64,000 bases of DNA from Octopus vulgaris (Eukaryota), in NCBI GenBank assembly GCA_951406725.2, contig OX597839.1:23312001-23376000 (forward strand), in the 5' to 3' direction. Below are positions 39,186-52,624 of this stretch, one piece after another. Positions within the stretch are counted from its first letter, which is position 1. Each line of letters starts with the position of its first letter. The position numbers and the translations under genes are program-made. The notes beneath the pieces are model-generated. The model worked only from the letters and a program-made list of their open reading frames with translations, searched no databases and had not been told where the DNA came from.

Positions 39186-39929
39186 AGATAGAGGCATACA
39201 TAAATACATACATCTAGACACATATATCTACATATATTCAGAAAGATAAATACATATATGTGTGTACATATACATATATAAATATATATATATATATACG
39301 GCGGTGCTCCAGTATGGATGCAGTCAAGTGACTGAAACAAATAAAAGAATATATATGTATATAGATAGATAGATTGAGCAATATAGACATATATTTATGT
39401 AGAGCATAAAAAGCACAAAATACTAAAATAATACATAGTTTCTTAGCTCGACAGCTGTTTCAGGAAGCTCAGAGTTATGCAATATATATGTGTATGTATG
39501 TGTATTTTTTCCCCAATTTTGTTTTTCTAAAAGGGGACATTAGGTAATGTTTTCCAAGAAGTACTTAGACAGAATAACGAAGAATAAGACAGACTCATTA
39601 GTGCTGGAATGTCTTTGGTTGAACTCTCCCTTACTCAACGTTGATCAACAACAACCAGAACAACAACAACAACAACCTCAAGAAGATGCCTGGCCAACTA
39701 AGAAGGGATCTGATCTGTTGTTATTGTAAACTGAAAGAAAATAAACATTGAAGATAATTAAATAATATAATAATTAGGAGAACGAGCAGAAGGACAAAGG
39801 CCCTGGAAGTAGATGGAATGCGGTATCGGGTAGGGGTGGGGTGGAGAATGGTGCTTGGGCAGATTGGAATCATTTATGGTAATAATAACAATACTATGCT
39901 ACTATATATATATATAGAGAGAGAGAGAT

Positions 39930-40650
39930 AGCCACCACCACCACCACCACCACCACCACCACCAGCGTCGATAGGAACACCACTTCCAACACTACAACCA
40001 CTACTGCTATCACTACGCACCATTACTGTCCACCATCAGCAGCAGCAGCAGCAGCACTACTACAGCTACTACGGCTACTACCACCTCTACCTTCACCCTC
40101 CAACACCATCGTGATCTCTATCACCACCGGTCGGCTCCACTGCACTAACACCACCACCACCTCCCATTATTGCCACCGTCACCACCACCACCACCACCAC
40201 CACCATTGCCACTGTTACTGCCATCACCCTCACTGTCACCCGTACCACCACAACCACCAGCCACATCATCACTACCACCTCCACCATCACCACCACCTCT
40301 ACCACCACCACCACCAACACAACCACCATCACTACCACCACATCCACCACAACTACCACCACCACCACTACTACCACCTCCACAACTACCACCACCACTA
40401 CTACCACCACTACCACCACCACCACTACTACCACCTCCACAACTGCCACCACCACATCCACCACAACTACCACCACCACCACCACCACCACTACTACCAC
40501 CTCCACAACTGCCACCACCACTACTACCACCACTACCACCACCACTACTACCACCTCCACCACAACTACCACCACCAATACAATTGCCACTGTTACTGCC
40601 ATCACCCTCACCACCACCACCACCAGCCACATCATCACTACCACCACCGC
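39930..40650. repeat. (CAC)/(TAC) low-complexity tract with internal duplications
   Basis: Directly visible. Confidence 0.9.
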
Positions 40651-41065
40651 CAATTTATATAAGAAAACTAAAGATAATCTATCTAAAACTTGTTTGTTTT
40701 GTGCATTTGAATTGTTGTTAATTGCCTTCAAGTAACACAATATACTTTTAAGTAACAGCCACCACCACTGCCACAACCACTACACCACCATCATCATCAT
40801 ATCACATCCAATTCCTTCTTTCAACCACCACCACCACCACCACTACAGCATCTTTTTTCCATCACTTATTAAGATGCCTCCATTCTCCTTCCTCACATCT
40901 CTCTAACATCAATCTACACCAAGTTCTTCTCCTGTTTTCTTCTTCAATCACATGCCACTTTTCCACCTGGGTGGCCTTTATCCTCCCTTACACACCTCAC
41001 AACTGCACACCTCTCAAGCTGTATATATATTTCTCTTATAATGCTTTCAAGATTATTTTATTCTT

Positions 41066-41244
41066 CTACCTGTTTCTGTCATTTGACTGCAGCCATGCTG
41101 GAGCACTGCCTTTCAGTTGAAGAAATCGCCCCCTGGACTTATTCTTTGTAATCCTGATGCTTATTCTATTGGTCTCTTTTGTCAAACCGCTAAGTTATGG
41201 GGATGTAAACATACTAACATCAGTGTCAAGCAATGGTGGTGGGA

Positions 41245-41321
<77 letters not shown>

Positions 41322-41963
41322 AAGAAAAAATAGTAAAGAAAAAATAAGATGGCTAGCAGCAGGCTGTTTCGCCTCATACCGAAGGAATTAGAAACCGTTT
41401 TTCCATTTTCTATAAGTGGAGAATCCAAAAACGGCTCACATTACGATTACCCAGAAAGCGCGCATGGCAGAATTTTGGAGGGAAAATTTACGTTCCCAGT
41501 CGCTACTTAGTTTTAACATCTGCGCTCTTCCCCCCACTATCTGATGTCGCTGGGTCAGAAGTGAGGGCTGACGGCATTTGGTAAAGCTATCGAATATAGC
41601 GCCGATGACGGAATTCAAACTAATTTCTATGTTTGCGATCCAGAAACACGTGTTCGCTATTAACGGTAAGTGACTGATTTCGTATATTTGCCACTCCGGT
41701 TTTGTGTATGTGAGCCGTAAGGGCCTTCGTTTTTGGATTCTCCACTTATAGAAAATGGAAAAACGGTTTTTGACTGCCATTTCTAATTCCTTCGGTATGA
41801 GGCGAAACAGCCTGCTGCTAGCCATCTTATTTTTTCTTTACTATATACTGAACCTTACAAAGGTCCTGACAATTAATTTGTCGTATTTACATACCGAAAT
41901 TTACCGGTAAATAATTGTTGGTTACATGAAAAACCACAGGAAAATTATTTACCATTTTTATTG

Positions 41964-41996
<33 letters not shown>

Positions 41997-42168
41997 ATAT
42001 ATATACCGATGGGTTTCTTTCTGTTTCCGTCTACCAAATCCACTCACAAGGCTTGGTCAGCCCGAGGCTATAGCAGAAGACGCCTACCCAAGGTGCCATG
42101 CAGTGAGACTGAACCCAGAACCATGTGGTTGGGAAGCAAGCTTCTTACTACACAGCCACTCCTGCACC
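41066..42168 (-). mobile_element. SINE A split by an insertion in its internal (TA)n
   Basis: 3' half 41066-41250 and 5' half 42005-42168. Confidence 0.85.
41331..41962. mobile_element. Foldback insert with ~110-135-bp inverted repeats and a one-sided extension
   Basis: 41331-41440 is the reverse complement of 41709-41843 apart from two indels. Confidence 0.85.
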
Positions 42169-42176
42169 TATATATG

Positions 42177-42207
<31 letters not shown>

Positions 42208-42221
42208 TCTTTTGTTCTGTT

Positions 42222-42588
42222 ATTTGTTCCAGTCATTTGACTGCAGCCATGCTGGAGCACCGCCTTTAGTCGAAAAACTCAACCCCAGGACTTATTCTTA
42301 ATAAGCATAGTACTTATTCTATTGGTCTAAATTACGAGGATGTAAACACACCAACATCAGTCGTCAAGCGATGGTGGGAGTATACACACAGAAACACAAA
42401 CACACACACATACATACATATATACATACATATATATGTGATGGGCTTCTTTCAGCTTCTATCTACCAAATCCACTCACAAAGCTTTGGTCGACCTGAGG
42501 CTATAGTAGAAGCCACTTGCTTAAGGTGCCACACAGTGGGACTGAACCCAGAACCATGTGGCTGAGAAGCAAGCTACTTATCACAGCT
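42222..42588 (-). mobile_element. SINE family A
   Basis: Homology to other A copies. Confidence 0.85.
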
Positions 42589-42777
42589 TTCAAGTTTTGG
42601 CACAAGGCCAGCAATTTTTTTTGGGGGAGGGGAGAAGACGATGACGTTGATCCATGTGATCCGCTGGCACTTATTTTATTGCCTCCTCCTCCCTCCGCCA
42701 TCATCGTCATTCTTATCACTACATCTAACTCTTCCTTCTCCTCATCACCACCGCCCTCACCACCACCAGTACCTCCA

Positions 42778-42808
<31 letters not shown>

Positions 42809-42835
42809 CCATCCTCATCATCATCATTATCATCC

Positions 42836-42871
<36 letters not shown>

Positions 42872-43402
42872 CCATTATCATCCTCATCTATTCGTCTATC
42901 TAGCACAATGTCGTCTACATCGTTAGTCAATTTATTAGGTGACAGGGTGTGATTTGAGGGGTATTTGACTGCTGGAGATTTCCTCGTTAGTGAATTCAGT
43001 TGTAATGTGTTGCACAGGTCTTATAAAATCACACACACACACAGAACGGGTCCTTGGAAGGGGAGATATCGATGTGGCCGGGACATCAGAGGGAAATATT
43101 CAGGAGACAGAACAAAAACAAAAGAGCTGTTGTAATTGATAGATGAAAGCGATATCAATCAATGGTTAGTCATTGATTAATGATTAGTGAGAGGGAGAGA
43201 GAGGGAGTGAGGGTTTGTGTGAAAGCACCTGTCAGCTTGGTGGTCCCTAGCTCCCAGACATGCTGGGTCCATATAAAGTTGGCTTAAATCCGATGCGAGG
43301 CAAATGAGATCGTTTACTGGGAAAGGAAGTACTTTTTCTGCAAAGTCGGTTGATGAGCAAAAGGTTTGCACCATTTGACAAGATTAATGAGGTGCCATGT
43401 AA

Positions 43403-43975
43403 TTGTGTGTGCGTACGTGTGTGTGTGTGTGTGTGTAAGTGTGTATGTGTGTAAGAGTGTGTGTGAGTGTGTGTGTGAGTGTGTGTAAGCGTGTGTGTCT
43501 GTGAGTGTGTATGTGTGTGTGTGCGTGCAGGTATGTGTGTTTGCAAGTGTGTGTGTATGTGTATGTGTGTGTGTGTGTGTGTGAGAGAGAGTGTGTGTGT
43601 GTATATGTGTGTAAGTGTGTGTGTGAGTGTGTGTAAGCGTATGTGTCTGTGAGTGTGTGTGTGTGTGTGCATGCAGGCATGTGTGTTTGCAAGTGTGTGT
43701 GTATGTGTATGAGTGTGTGTGTGTGTGTATGTGTGTGTGTGCATGCAGGCATGTGTGTTTGCAAGTGTGTGTGTATATGAATGTGTGTGTGTGTGTGTGA
43801 GAGTGTGTGTGTGTATATGTGTGTAAGTGTATGTGTGAGTGTGTGTAAGCATGTGTGTCTGTGAGTGTGTGTGTGTGTGTGTGTGCATGCAGGCATGTGT
43901 GTTTGCAAGTGTGTGTGTATATGTATGAGTGTGTGTGTGTGTGTGTGTATGAGTGTGTGTGTGTGAGAGAGAGAG
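43403..43975. repeat. (GT)n higher-order repeat
   Basis: The motif gcatgcaggcatgtgtgtttgcaagtg recurs about 4 times. Confidence 0.9.
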
Positions 43976-44065
43976 CGATGTAATGTTGATCTTGGCCTGG
44001 ATTTGGAGTAAACAACCGCAAATGTCTGCAACCAGCAACCATCTGGTATCATTAGGCACTTAGCA

Positions 44066-44281
44066 AAAGGCAATGAGCTGGCAGAGCCATTAGCATGCCG
44101 TACGAAATGCTTAGTGGTATTTCACCTGTCTTTACGTTCTGGGTTCAAATTCTGCCGCGGTCGATTTTGCCTTTCATCCTTTCAGGGTCGATAAATTAAG
44201 TACCAGTGAGACACTGGGGTCAACGTGATTGATTGTCCCCTTCCCCACAAAAATCAAAACCTTGTGCCTATAGTAGCAAGA

Positions 44282-44343
<62 letters not shown>

Positions 44344-44387
44344 CATTATTATTATCATTATCATTATCATTATTATTATCATTATTA

Positions 44388-44431
<44 letters not shown>

Positions 44432-44476
44432 ATTATCATTATTATAATCATTATTATTATTATCATTATTATTATC

Positions 44477-44526
<50 letters not shown>

Positions 44527-44765
44527 GTTGTTGTTGTTATTATTATTAAGGCGGTGAGCTGGCAGAAATGTTAGCACGCCAGGCAAAATACTTAGTGGTA
44601 TTTCATCTGTCCTTACATTCTGAGTTCAAATTCTGGCAAGGTCGACTTTGCCTTTCATCCTTTTGGGGTTGATAAATTAAGTACCAGTTGTGTACTGGGG
44701 TCAATCTAATCAACAGGCCCCCCTCCCCCAAAATTTCGTGCCTTATACCTAGAGTAGAAAAGATT
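44066..44765 (+). mobile_element. Two SINE B2 copies flanking a ~270-bp (ATT)n tract
   Basis: 44066-44283, (att)n to 44547, then 44548-44765. Confidence 0.88.
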
Positions 44766-44874
44766 ATGCATTTAGCAAATGGATAATCTTTTATTGACCA
44801 GAGACACCTACCACCGTTCCTCTCCTCCATCTTCTTCACTTAATGGAACTTATGCATCACCAACCTCTATGTCA

Positions 44875-45200
44875 GGCACATGGCTTAGTCATTAAGATAC
44901 TTGGCTAACGATCATGACATCATGAGTTCGATTCCTGGTGGTACATTGTGTTCTTGAGCAAGACACTTTATTTTCATATTGCTCCAGTCTGTTCAGCTGG
45001 CAAAAATGATTTGTACCAGTAATTCAAAGGGGCCAGCCTTGTTGCATTCTGTGTCTTGCTGGATCTCCCTGAGAGAACTATATTATGGGTACACATGTCT
45101 GTGGAATACTCAGCCACATGCACGTTAATCTCACAAGCAGGCTGTTCCGTTGATCAGATCAAATGGAACACTCATGGTTTTAACTGATGGAGTGCCAGGT
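44875..45200 (+). mobile_element. SINE family D with D2 tail
   Basis: Homology to 33708-34035. Confidence 0.82.
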
Positions 45201-45221
45201 TTTTTTATCACCATCACACAT

Positions 45222-45590
45222 GACTGGGTGGTAAGAAGCTTGCTTCCAAACCACATGGTCTCAGGTTCAGTTCCACTGCATGGCACCTAGGGCAAGCCTC
45301 TCCTACTATAGCCTCTGGCCAACCAAAGTCTTGTAAGTGGATTTGGCACACGGAAACTGAAAGAAGCCCATCATGTGTGTGTGTGAGTGTGTGTCCATGT
45401 TTGTCCCCACTCTACCATATGACAACTAGTTCTTACATCCCCTGTAATGTAGCAGTTCAGTAAAAGAGACTGATAGAATAAGTACATAGCTTACAAAATA
45501 AGTCCTGGGGTTGATTCAGTCGACCGAAAATTCCTCAAGGCAGTGCCCCAGCATGGCCGCAGTCTAAAGACGGAAACAAGTAAAACAAAA
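45222..45590 (+). mobile_element. SINE family A, diverged
   Basis: Homology to other A copies. Confidence 0.82.
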
Positions 45591-46509
45591 AAAAAACTCC
45601 ACTGTTTTGTTTATTTAGCCCCTCCCCCCCATATATATATATCTTGTAGTACCAGTTCTACATTAAAACATAAAAAAAGAAACATGGAAAAGTTAAACAA
45701 AAGCCAAAAAAAAATGAAAAATGGCAACTGCCATACCAACAACCTACCAAAGAGCAAAAAAGATAAATTGACTCCATCATATTTTTTCTGTTGCGTGGTT
45801 TTGTTGTTTCGCTTTTTGCCATATTTCTTTTCCTGCCGTGTTCTCGTCATTCCAAGCGCCGTTCCCAACCAATCATCGTTCCTTCTCTTTTAGTAGAACG
45901 GTAATTACAATGTTTTATGTCAGCAGTCAAAGAACACAGAAAGCTTTGATCAATGGAGTATTACTGTGTTCCACGGTGAGCGGCGGTGGAGGGGGTGGGT
46001 GGGGCGGGTAGGGCTGGAACGTTTGCCATCCTTCAAAATATAGAAATAAATGTCTACCACCAACAGACTTTTTTCAAAACAAATTGAAATCTGAAATTAA
46101 AAGCCCTTTTCACTAGTTTCTGCCAGAAAAACCTTCTTTCCTACGTTCCTTCCTTCCTTCCTTCTTTCTTCCTTTTTTTCTTTTTCTTTTTAAATATACA
46201 ACTTTTAAATTCTAATAAAACAGGAAAACAGTTTGGCAAATTGGTGAAATTCTTTCTTTTTTTTCCTTTTAAAGACAAAAACAACCCATAAAACCAAATT
46301 CTAAAACTATTCTCAGACTAAATATGAAATAACTGCGTTTTATTGGTGGTGGTGGTGGTGGTGGTAGTGCAATGGAGGGGGAGGATAATTGGGGAGTTAT
46401 AAAATTAGTTGTTTAAAATTAAGAGGTCGTTACCGTTTTTATCATTGCTATTGCATTGTTTTGTTACTAAATTAGGAATTTTTTTGGCTCTTTTTCTTTT
46501 TTGTTTATG

Positions 46510-46544
<35 letters not shown>

Positions 46545-46871
46545 ATGTGTATGGGCAAGTGTCTGTGTAAGGATGGTATTTGTGTATAAGTGTGTGTGTG
46601 TGTGTGTGTATGTGTGGATGTAAACATGAATGTGTAAATCAGAACACTGCATTAACAGTATGTAAACATTGTTACTGTTCAACAATATGCAAACTACTTG
46701 GTGCAGATGTGGTTCCAGGTTCAGTCCCACTGTGTGGCACCTTGGACAAGTGTCTTCTACTATAACCCTTGGCCAACAAAATCCTTGAGGGTGGATTTAT
46801 GCGGAGTGGCCGTTCAAAATCTTCCCTCGTTCTCTTCCTGAACATTTAAATTATACTGATTTACCTCAGGA

Positions 46872-47028
46872 CAAGGGCAGACTGAGCCATCAGTCAATCG
46901 GGCACTGCCCAAGGGCCTGGAGATCTGAGGGGCCTGCACTCAACATGTTAACTCTCTTTGATATCAATGCTAAGTGGCCTGGTGAACAGTTATGCCTGAG
47001 GGCCCTTAATACTCTCAGTCCGACCCTA
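46872..47028. mobile_element. hAT-like MITE
   Basis: Imperfect TIR agggcagactgag / ctcagtccgaccct; 8-bp TSD cctcagga / actcagga. Confidence 0.7.
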
Positions 47029-47477
47029 ACTCAGGACCTCAACTCGTGAAGGAACCACAGAGGCATTGTCATGTCATATGGCATACCTTGGACATCTTTA
47101 TATCTTAATGACTTGTAAAGATGTATTTCGTTATGCAACCATAACATACTACAAAGTATATAAAATGTTTTTCTTATAAACCAGAGACACCTACCACTGC
47201 TCCTCTCCTCCGTCTTCTTCACTTAATGGAACTTATGCATCACCAACCTCTATGTCAGGCATATGGCTTAGTCATTAAGATATTTGGCTAACGATCATGA
47301 CATCATGAGTTCGATTTCTGGTGGTGCATTGTGTTCTTGAGCAAGACACTTTATTTTCATATTGCTCCAGTCTGTTCAGCTGGCAAAAATGAGTTGTACC
47401 AGTAATTCAAAGGGGCCAGCCTTGTTGCATGTCCTACTGTGTTAGCAATGCATTTTACAACACTTGTTATGGTTATC

Positions 47478-48091
47478 ATCTTTGTTTTGATTTCATCTTC
47501 CTTGGCTCCAAAATAAATCGAGGTGGTGACTGCACTCCAGAAATAAGACGGCGGATAGTACTAGGCAGAGAGGCTATGATCAGCATGAGTAGGGTCTGGA
47601 AGAGTAGAGACATCAGTCTCACTACCAAATGCAGATTGGTGAATGCAATTGTCTTCCCAGTAGCAACATATGGATGCGAGACCTAGACACTAAAGAAAGC
47701 TGACCAGAAGAGAATTAATGCATTCGAGCTTTGGTGTTGGAGAAGACTTTTACAGATTCCATGGACAGCGAGGCTCACCATTGGAGAAGTTCTTAAGCAG
47801 ATCAGGCCGAAAATGTCGCTAGAAGCTAGGATCACCAAGCATAGATTGGCATATCTTGGTCATATTATGCGGGGAAAATCCCTGGAGAAGGACATCATGC
47901 TCGGAATGGTCAGTGGCAAGAGAGGAAGAGGCCGACCAAGAACTCGCTGGCTTGACACCATCAAGAGTGATACCGGAATGGACATAGCCAATCTGAAAGA
48001 AGCAGCCCAGGATAGAACTGACTGGAGGACACTAATCCAACGAGTGACCGAGAGTCGACTTCGACTGAGCGGATAGATAGATAGATAGAGA
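47478..48091 (+). mobile_element. 5'-truncated BovB-like RTE with (GATA)n tail and 12-bp TSD
   Basis: DFIFLGSKI..EIRRRI..FPVATYGCET*T..INAFELWCWRRLL.IPWTAR..GRPRTRWLD; TSD gttatggttatc at 47466 and 48092. Confidence 0.92.
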
Positions 48092-49157
48092 GTTATGGTT
48101 ATCTCTTCAGATATTGCATAGAAATTATAGCCAGCATTGATTTTTGCTATGATTAGGACTGGTTATAATTTCTGTAGAATATCTGTAGAGACTACCTTAA
48201 CAAGAGATCTTTATATCTGGCACAATCCATGCCTCACCTGGTCTAAATGGTTTCTTCCAGTAAAAGACAGATAAAGAGAAGAAACAATCCTTAGCACAGC
48301 GCAGGGATTTTATTTATCAACGCTGAAAGTATAGAAGACAAAGTTAACCTCAGAGTGCAGGGTAGCTGGAACATTTACCAAGACACAATCTTTCCAGCGC
48401 TTTACCAACTTTTCCAGCAAACCACTTTAATATCAAAATTAAGAAAATTCAAATTGTATTTTTTCCCATAAACGGAGAAAAATACTTTCGGAAGTTTGTG
48501 ATTCCATTCAATCATGAAGAGAATGAAATCTATGATTGATATATTAACTTCAGTGTTTCTCTGACATTAGTGTTCCAACTGACTGGTTTTTATATCTTAC
48601 CACGACCGTTTCTCCAAGACTTCCAAGTCTTAAACAACGCTCACACACATGCTGGTTCCCTTACCAATTCTCCATTAACCTTCAGTTTCTCATTTCTCAC
48701 AAGAAAGGGCGTGTTTTTTGATCTTCGACTAAAACTTCAAAGTTCCTATGTACATCAGCACCCTTCAAACTTTATGGTCCAAATTTCTTTGGTTGCTTCC
48801 AACTGACCATAAATTATATCGGCTTCTAAAGTAGACACACAGACAGATGGAGATTTTTGTGTGTGGTCAAATTCTATTGTCTCATCAGTAAACATGTCAG
48901 ACTGTGCAGTTATATAAACACATGCATATACACACTCATACACACACACACACACTTTTACATATATGCAAATGTATGTATATATATGCATACATATATG
49001 TATGTAAATATATATATACATATACACACACATATATATATACATGCGTGTGTGTTTATATGTAGGTGAGAGTATGCGTATGCATGTCTATACAGGCACT
49101 TTTGATAAATAATCGTGTGTTCACACACTGATTCTAATGTATACATGAATGCGTGTA

Positions 49158-49211
<54 letters not shown>

Positions 49212-49525
49212 TAGATAGATATGTATGTATGTATATATATGTATATATATACATATATAAATACATATATACACATATACACAATATATACATGTGTATT
49301 TATATATATATACATACACACACACATATTTATATACATAAATACATACATATATATAGAATCCCACAAATTTAATTTATCTAATCACACTAACATATAA
49401 CATGTATATATAAACACTATAATATATGCACTGTGAGTGTTTGTGTGTGTTTATGTGTGCGTGCATGTGTGTGTTTGTGCGTGCATGTGTGTGTGTGAGT
49501 GCATGTATGTGTATGTGTGTGTGTA

Positions 49526-49565
<40 letters not shown>

Positions 49566-49613
49566 TGCGTGCATGTGTGTGTGTGAGTGCATGTATGTGT
49601 ATGTGTGTGTGTA

Positions 49614-49685
<72 letters not shown>

Positions 49686-49757
49686 TGCGTGCATGTGTGT
49701 GTGTGTGTGTGCATGTTTGCTTGTGCGTGCATGTGTGTGTGTGTGTGTGTGCGTGCA

Positions 49758-49805
<48 letters not shown>

Positions 49806-50325
49806 CGCGCAGGTGCGTGCGCATTTCAAGTATATGATTGGCTCCTTTAATATTCCTTTGCAGAAAGTTTCCGTCCCTCCATGTTTTATTTCTCCTTTGA
49901 TATTCCACAACTGCAGACTTTATTTTAAGGGTTAGACTTAACACATCACCCCCATGTGTAACAATCACCATTAACACCCGGCCCCTTGCTGGCACCTTAA
50001 CTGGAGTCCAATCTGCGAGTTGGTCAGCGGTTTTAGGGGTTTGAATCAAGAGGAAATGGTTCAAAAAAGAGGGAGAGATAATGTAAAAAGTCACCCAGCA
50101 CATTCTGTGAAGTGATTGGCATTAGGAAAGGCATCCAGCTGTAGAAACCATGCCAAAACAGGTAGCAGAGTTCGGTAGAGTCTTCTGGCTTGCCAGTTCC
50201 TGTCCAACCGATGCCAGGATTGGAAACGGACGTTAAAGGATGATGACGATGATGATGATGACATATATGTATATATATGTATGTATGTATGTATATATGT
50301 ATATATATACATACATACATATATA

Positions 50326-50727
50326 TGCAGGAGTGGCTGTGTGGTAAGTAGCTTGCTAACCAACCGCATGGTTCCGGGTTCAGTCCCACTGCGTGGCATC
50401 TTGGGCAAGTGTCTTCTGCTATAGCCCCGGGCCGACCAATGCCTTGTGAGTGGATTTGGTAGACGGAAACTGAAAGAAGCCCGTCGTATATATGTATATA
50501 TGCGTGTGTGTGTTTGTGTGTCTATGTTTGTCCCCCTAGCATTGCTTGACAACCGATGGTGGTGTGTTTACGTCCCCGTCACTTAGTGGTTCGGCAAAAG
50601 AGACCGATAGAATAAGTTCTGGGCTTACAAAGAATAAGTCCAAGGGGTCGATTTGCTCGACTAAAGCCGGTGCTCCAGCATGGCCGCAGTCAAATGAATG
50701 ACTGAAACAAATAAAAATAAAAGTAAA

Positions 50728-50730
<3 letters not shown>
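50326..50730 (+). mobile_element. SINE family A, full length (family C copy just upstream, ~50080-50260)
   Basis: Homology to other A copies. Confidence 0.92.
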
Positions 50731-50795
<65 letters not shown>

Positions 50796-51326
50796 GCTTA
50801 TATACATATATGTACATACTTACATGTATACGTATATATATATATATATACACATGCATATGTGGGCATAGGACGTCACGAAACATGTACAAAACAAAAA
50901 AAATACGAAGCATTATGAACTATTTTTTTGAGCAACAAAAGACAAATGGAAAACAAAGCAAACAACATAAAGAAAGACCCTTCATCAGTTGTTGGCTGTT
51001 TAAATATATATATATTACTGATATCTTTATATATATATATTATTGATGTGTGTGTGTGTGTTTATATGTATCAAAATTTGAAAAAATTCAAATTGTATCT
51101 TTTTCCTGTAAAAGTAGAAAAAGAAATACTTTGAAAAATTTGCAAATCTGTTCAGCTGTGAAGAGAAACGAATGTATGATTGATATATTATCTTCAGCGC
51201 TTCTCTGGCATTAATGTTCCAATATATACACACACACACATACACACACACACTGTGGGCCAAAAGTCATTCACCATGACATTTGGAATTTTATTTATAT
51301 TACAGTATTACTATTACGTACAGTAT

Positions 51327-51753
51327 ATCATCATCATCATCATCATCATCATTTAGTGTCCGCTTTCCATGCTAGCATGGGTTGGACGGTTTAACTGGGG
51401 TCTGTGAAGCCGGAAGGCTTCATCAGGCCCAGTCAGATTTGGCAGTGTTTCTACGGCTGGATGCCCTTCCTAACGCCAACCACTCCGTGAGTGTAGTGGG
51501 TGCTTTTTACGTGCCACCTGCACAGGTGCCAGACAGAGCTGGCAAACGGCCACGAACGGATGGTGTTTTTACGTGCCACCGGCACAGGGGTCAGGCGAGG
51601 CTGGCAACGGACACGAATGGATGGTGCTTTTACGTGCTACCGGCACGGGGGCCAGGCGAGGCTGGCAACGGACACGAGCGGATGGTGCTTTTACGTGCCA
51701 ACGGCACGGGGGCCAGGCGAGGCTGGCAACGGATACGAACGGATGGTGCTTTT
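51327..51753 (-). mobile_element. Family C RTE 3' UTR with ~61-bp tandem subrepeats
   Basis: (cat)n tail; ggcgaggctggcaacgg..ggatggtgctttt repeated. Confidence 0.88.
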
Positions 51754-51884
51754 ATATATATATATATATATATATATACTGTTTCAATGTTACTGCATCA
51801 CTTTTCACCCACCCTGTATATGCTTGTATGTATGTATGCATGTATGTATGTATATATATGTGTGTGTGTTGCCCCCTCCTCTCT

Positions 51885-51916
<32 letters not shown>

Positions 51917-51917
<1 letters not shown>

Positions 51918-52232
51918 GTGCTGGTGGCACGTAAAAAGCACCATCCGTTCGTGGCTGTTGCCAGCCTCGCCTGGCCCCCGTGCCGGTGGCACATAAAAAG
52001 CACCATCCGATCGTGGCCATTTGCCAGACTCGTCTGGCACCTGTGCCGGTGGCACGTAAAAAGCACCCACTACACTCATGGAGTGGTTGGCGTTAGGAAG
52101 GGCATCCAGCCATAGAAACATTGCCAGATTTGACTGGGCCTGGTGCAGCCTTCTGGCTTCCCAGACCCCAGTTGAACCGTCCAACCCATGCTAGCATGGA
52201 AAGCGGACACTAAATGATGATGATGATGATGA
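51917..52232 (+). mobile_element. Family C RTE 3' UTR, inverted relative to 51327-51753
   Basis: Reverse-complement match; (gat)n tail. Confidence 0.88.
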
Positions 52233-52586
52233 TATATATATATGCCTATAGGTGCAGGTGTGGCTATGTGGTAAGAAACTTGCTTCCCAACCACATGGTT
52301 CTGGGTTCAGTCCCACTGTGTGGCACTCTGGGCAAGTGCCTTCTACTATAGCTTTGGGCTGACTAAAGTCTTGTGAGTGGATTTGGTAGATGAAAACTAA
52401 AAAAAGCACGTCATATGTGTGTGTGTACATGCATGTGTGTGTGTATATATGTATACATATATATATATGTATGCATCGTATATATATATATAGATATACC
52501 TTCCTTCCTGAGCGTCCAATAATACTATATTTGTTCCACGTCCTCGCGTTGTTGTGTTTTCTCTTTGTGTTTTCATGTTTGGATTA

Positions 52587-52621
<35 letters not shown>

Positions 52622-52624
<3 letters not shown>

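Noticed and set aside
50860-51005. TA-embedded insert with CTGATGA (-) and GAAACATGTA (+)
   Set aside because: The two boxes are on opposite strands and cannot form one hammerhead; the insert is likely a repeat of unknown type.
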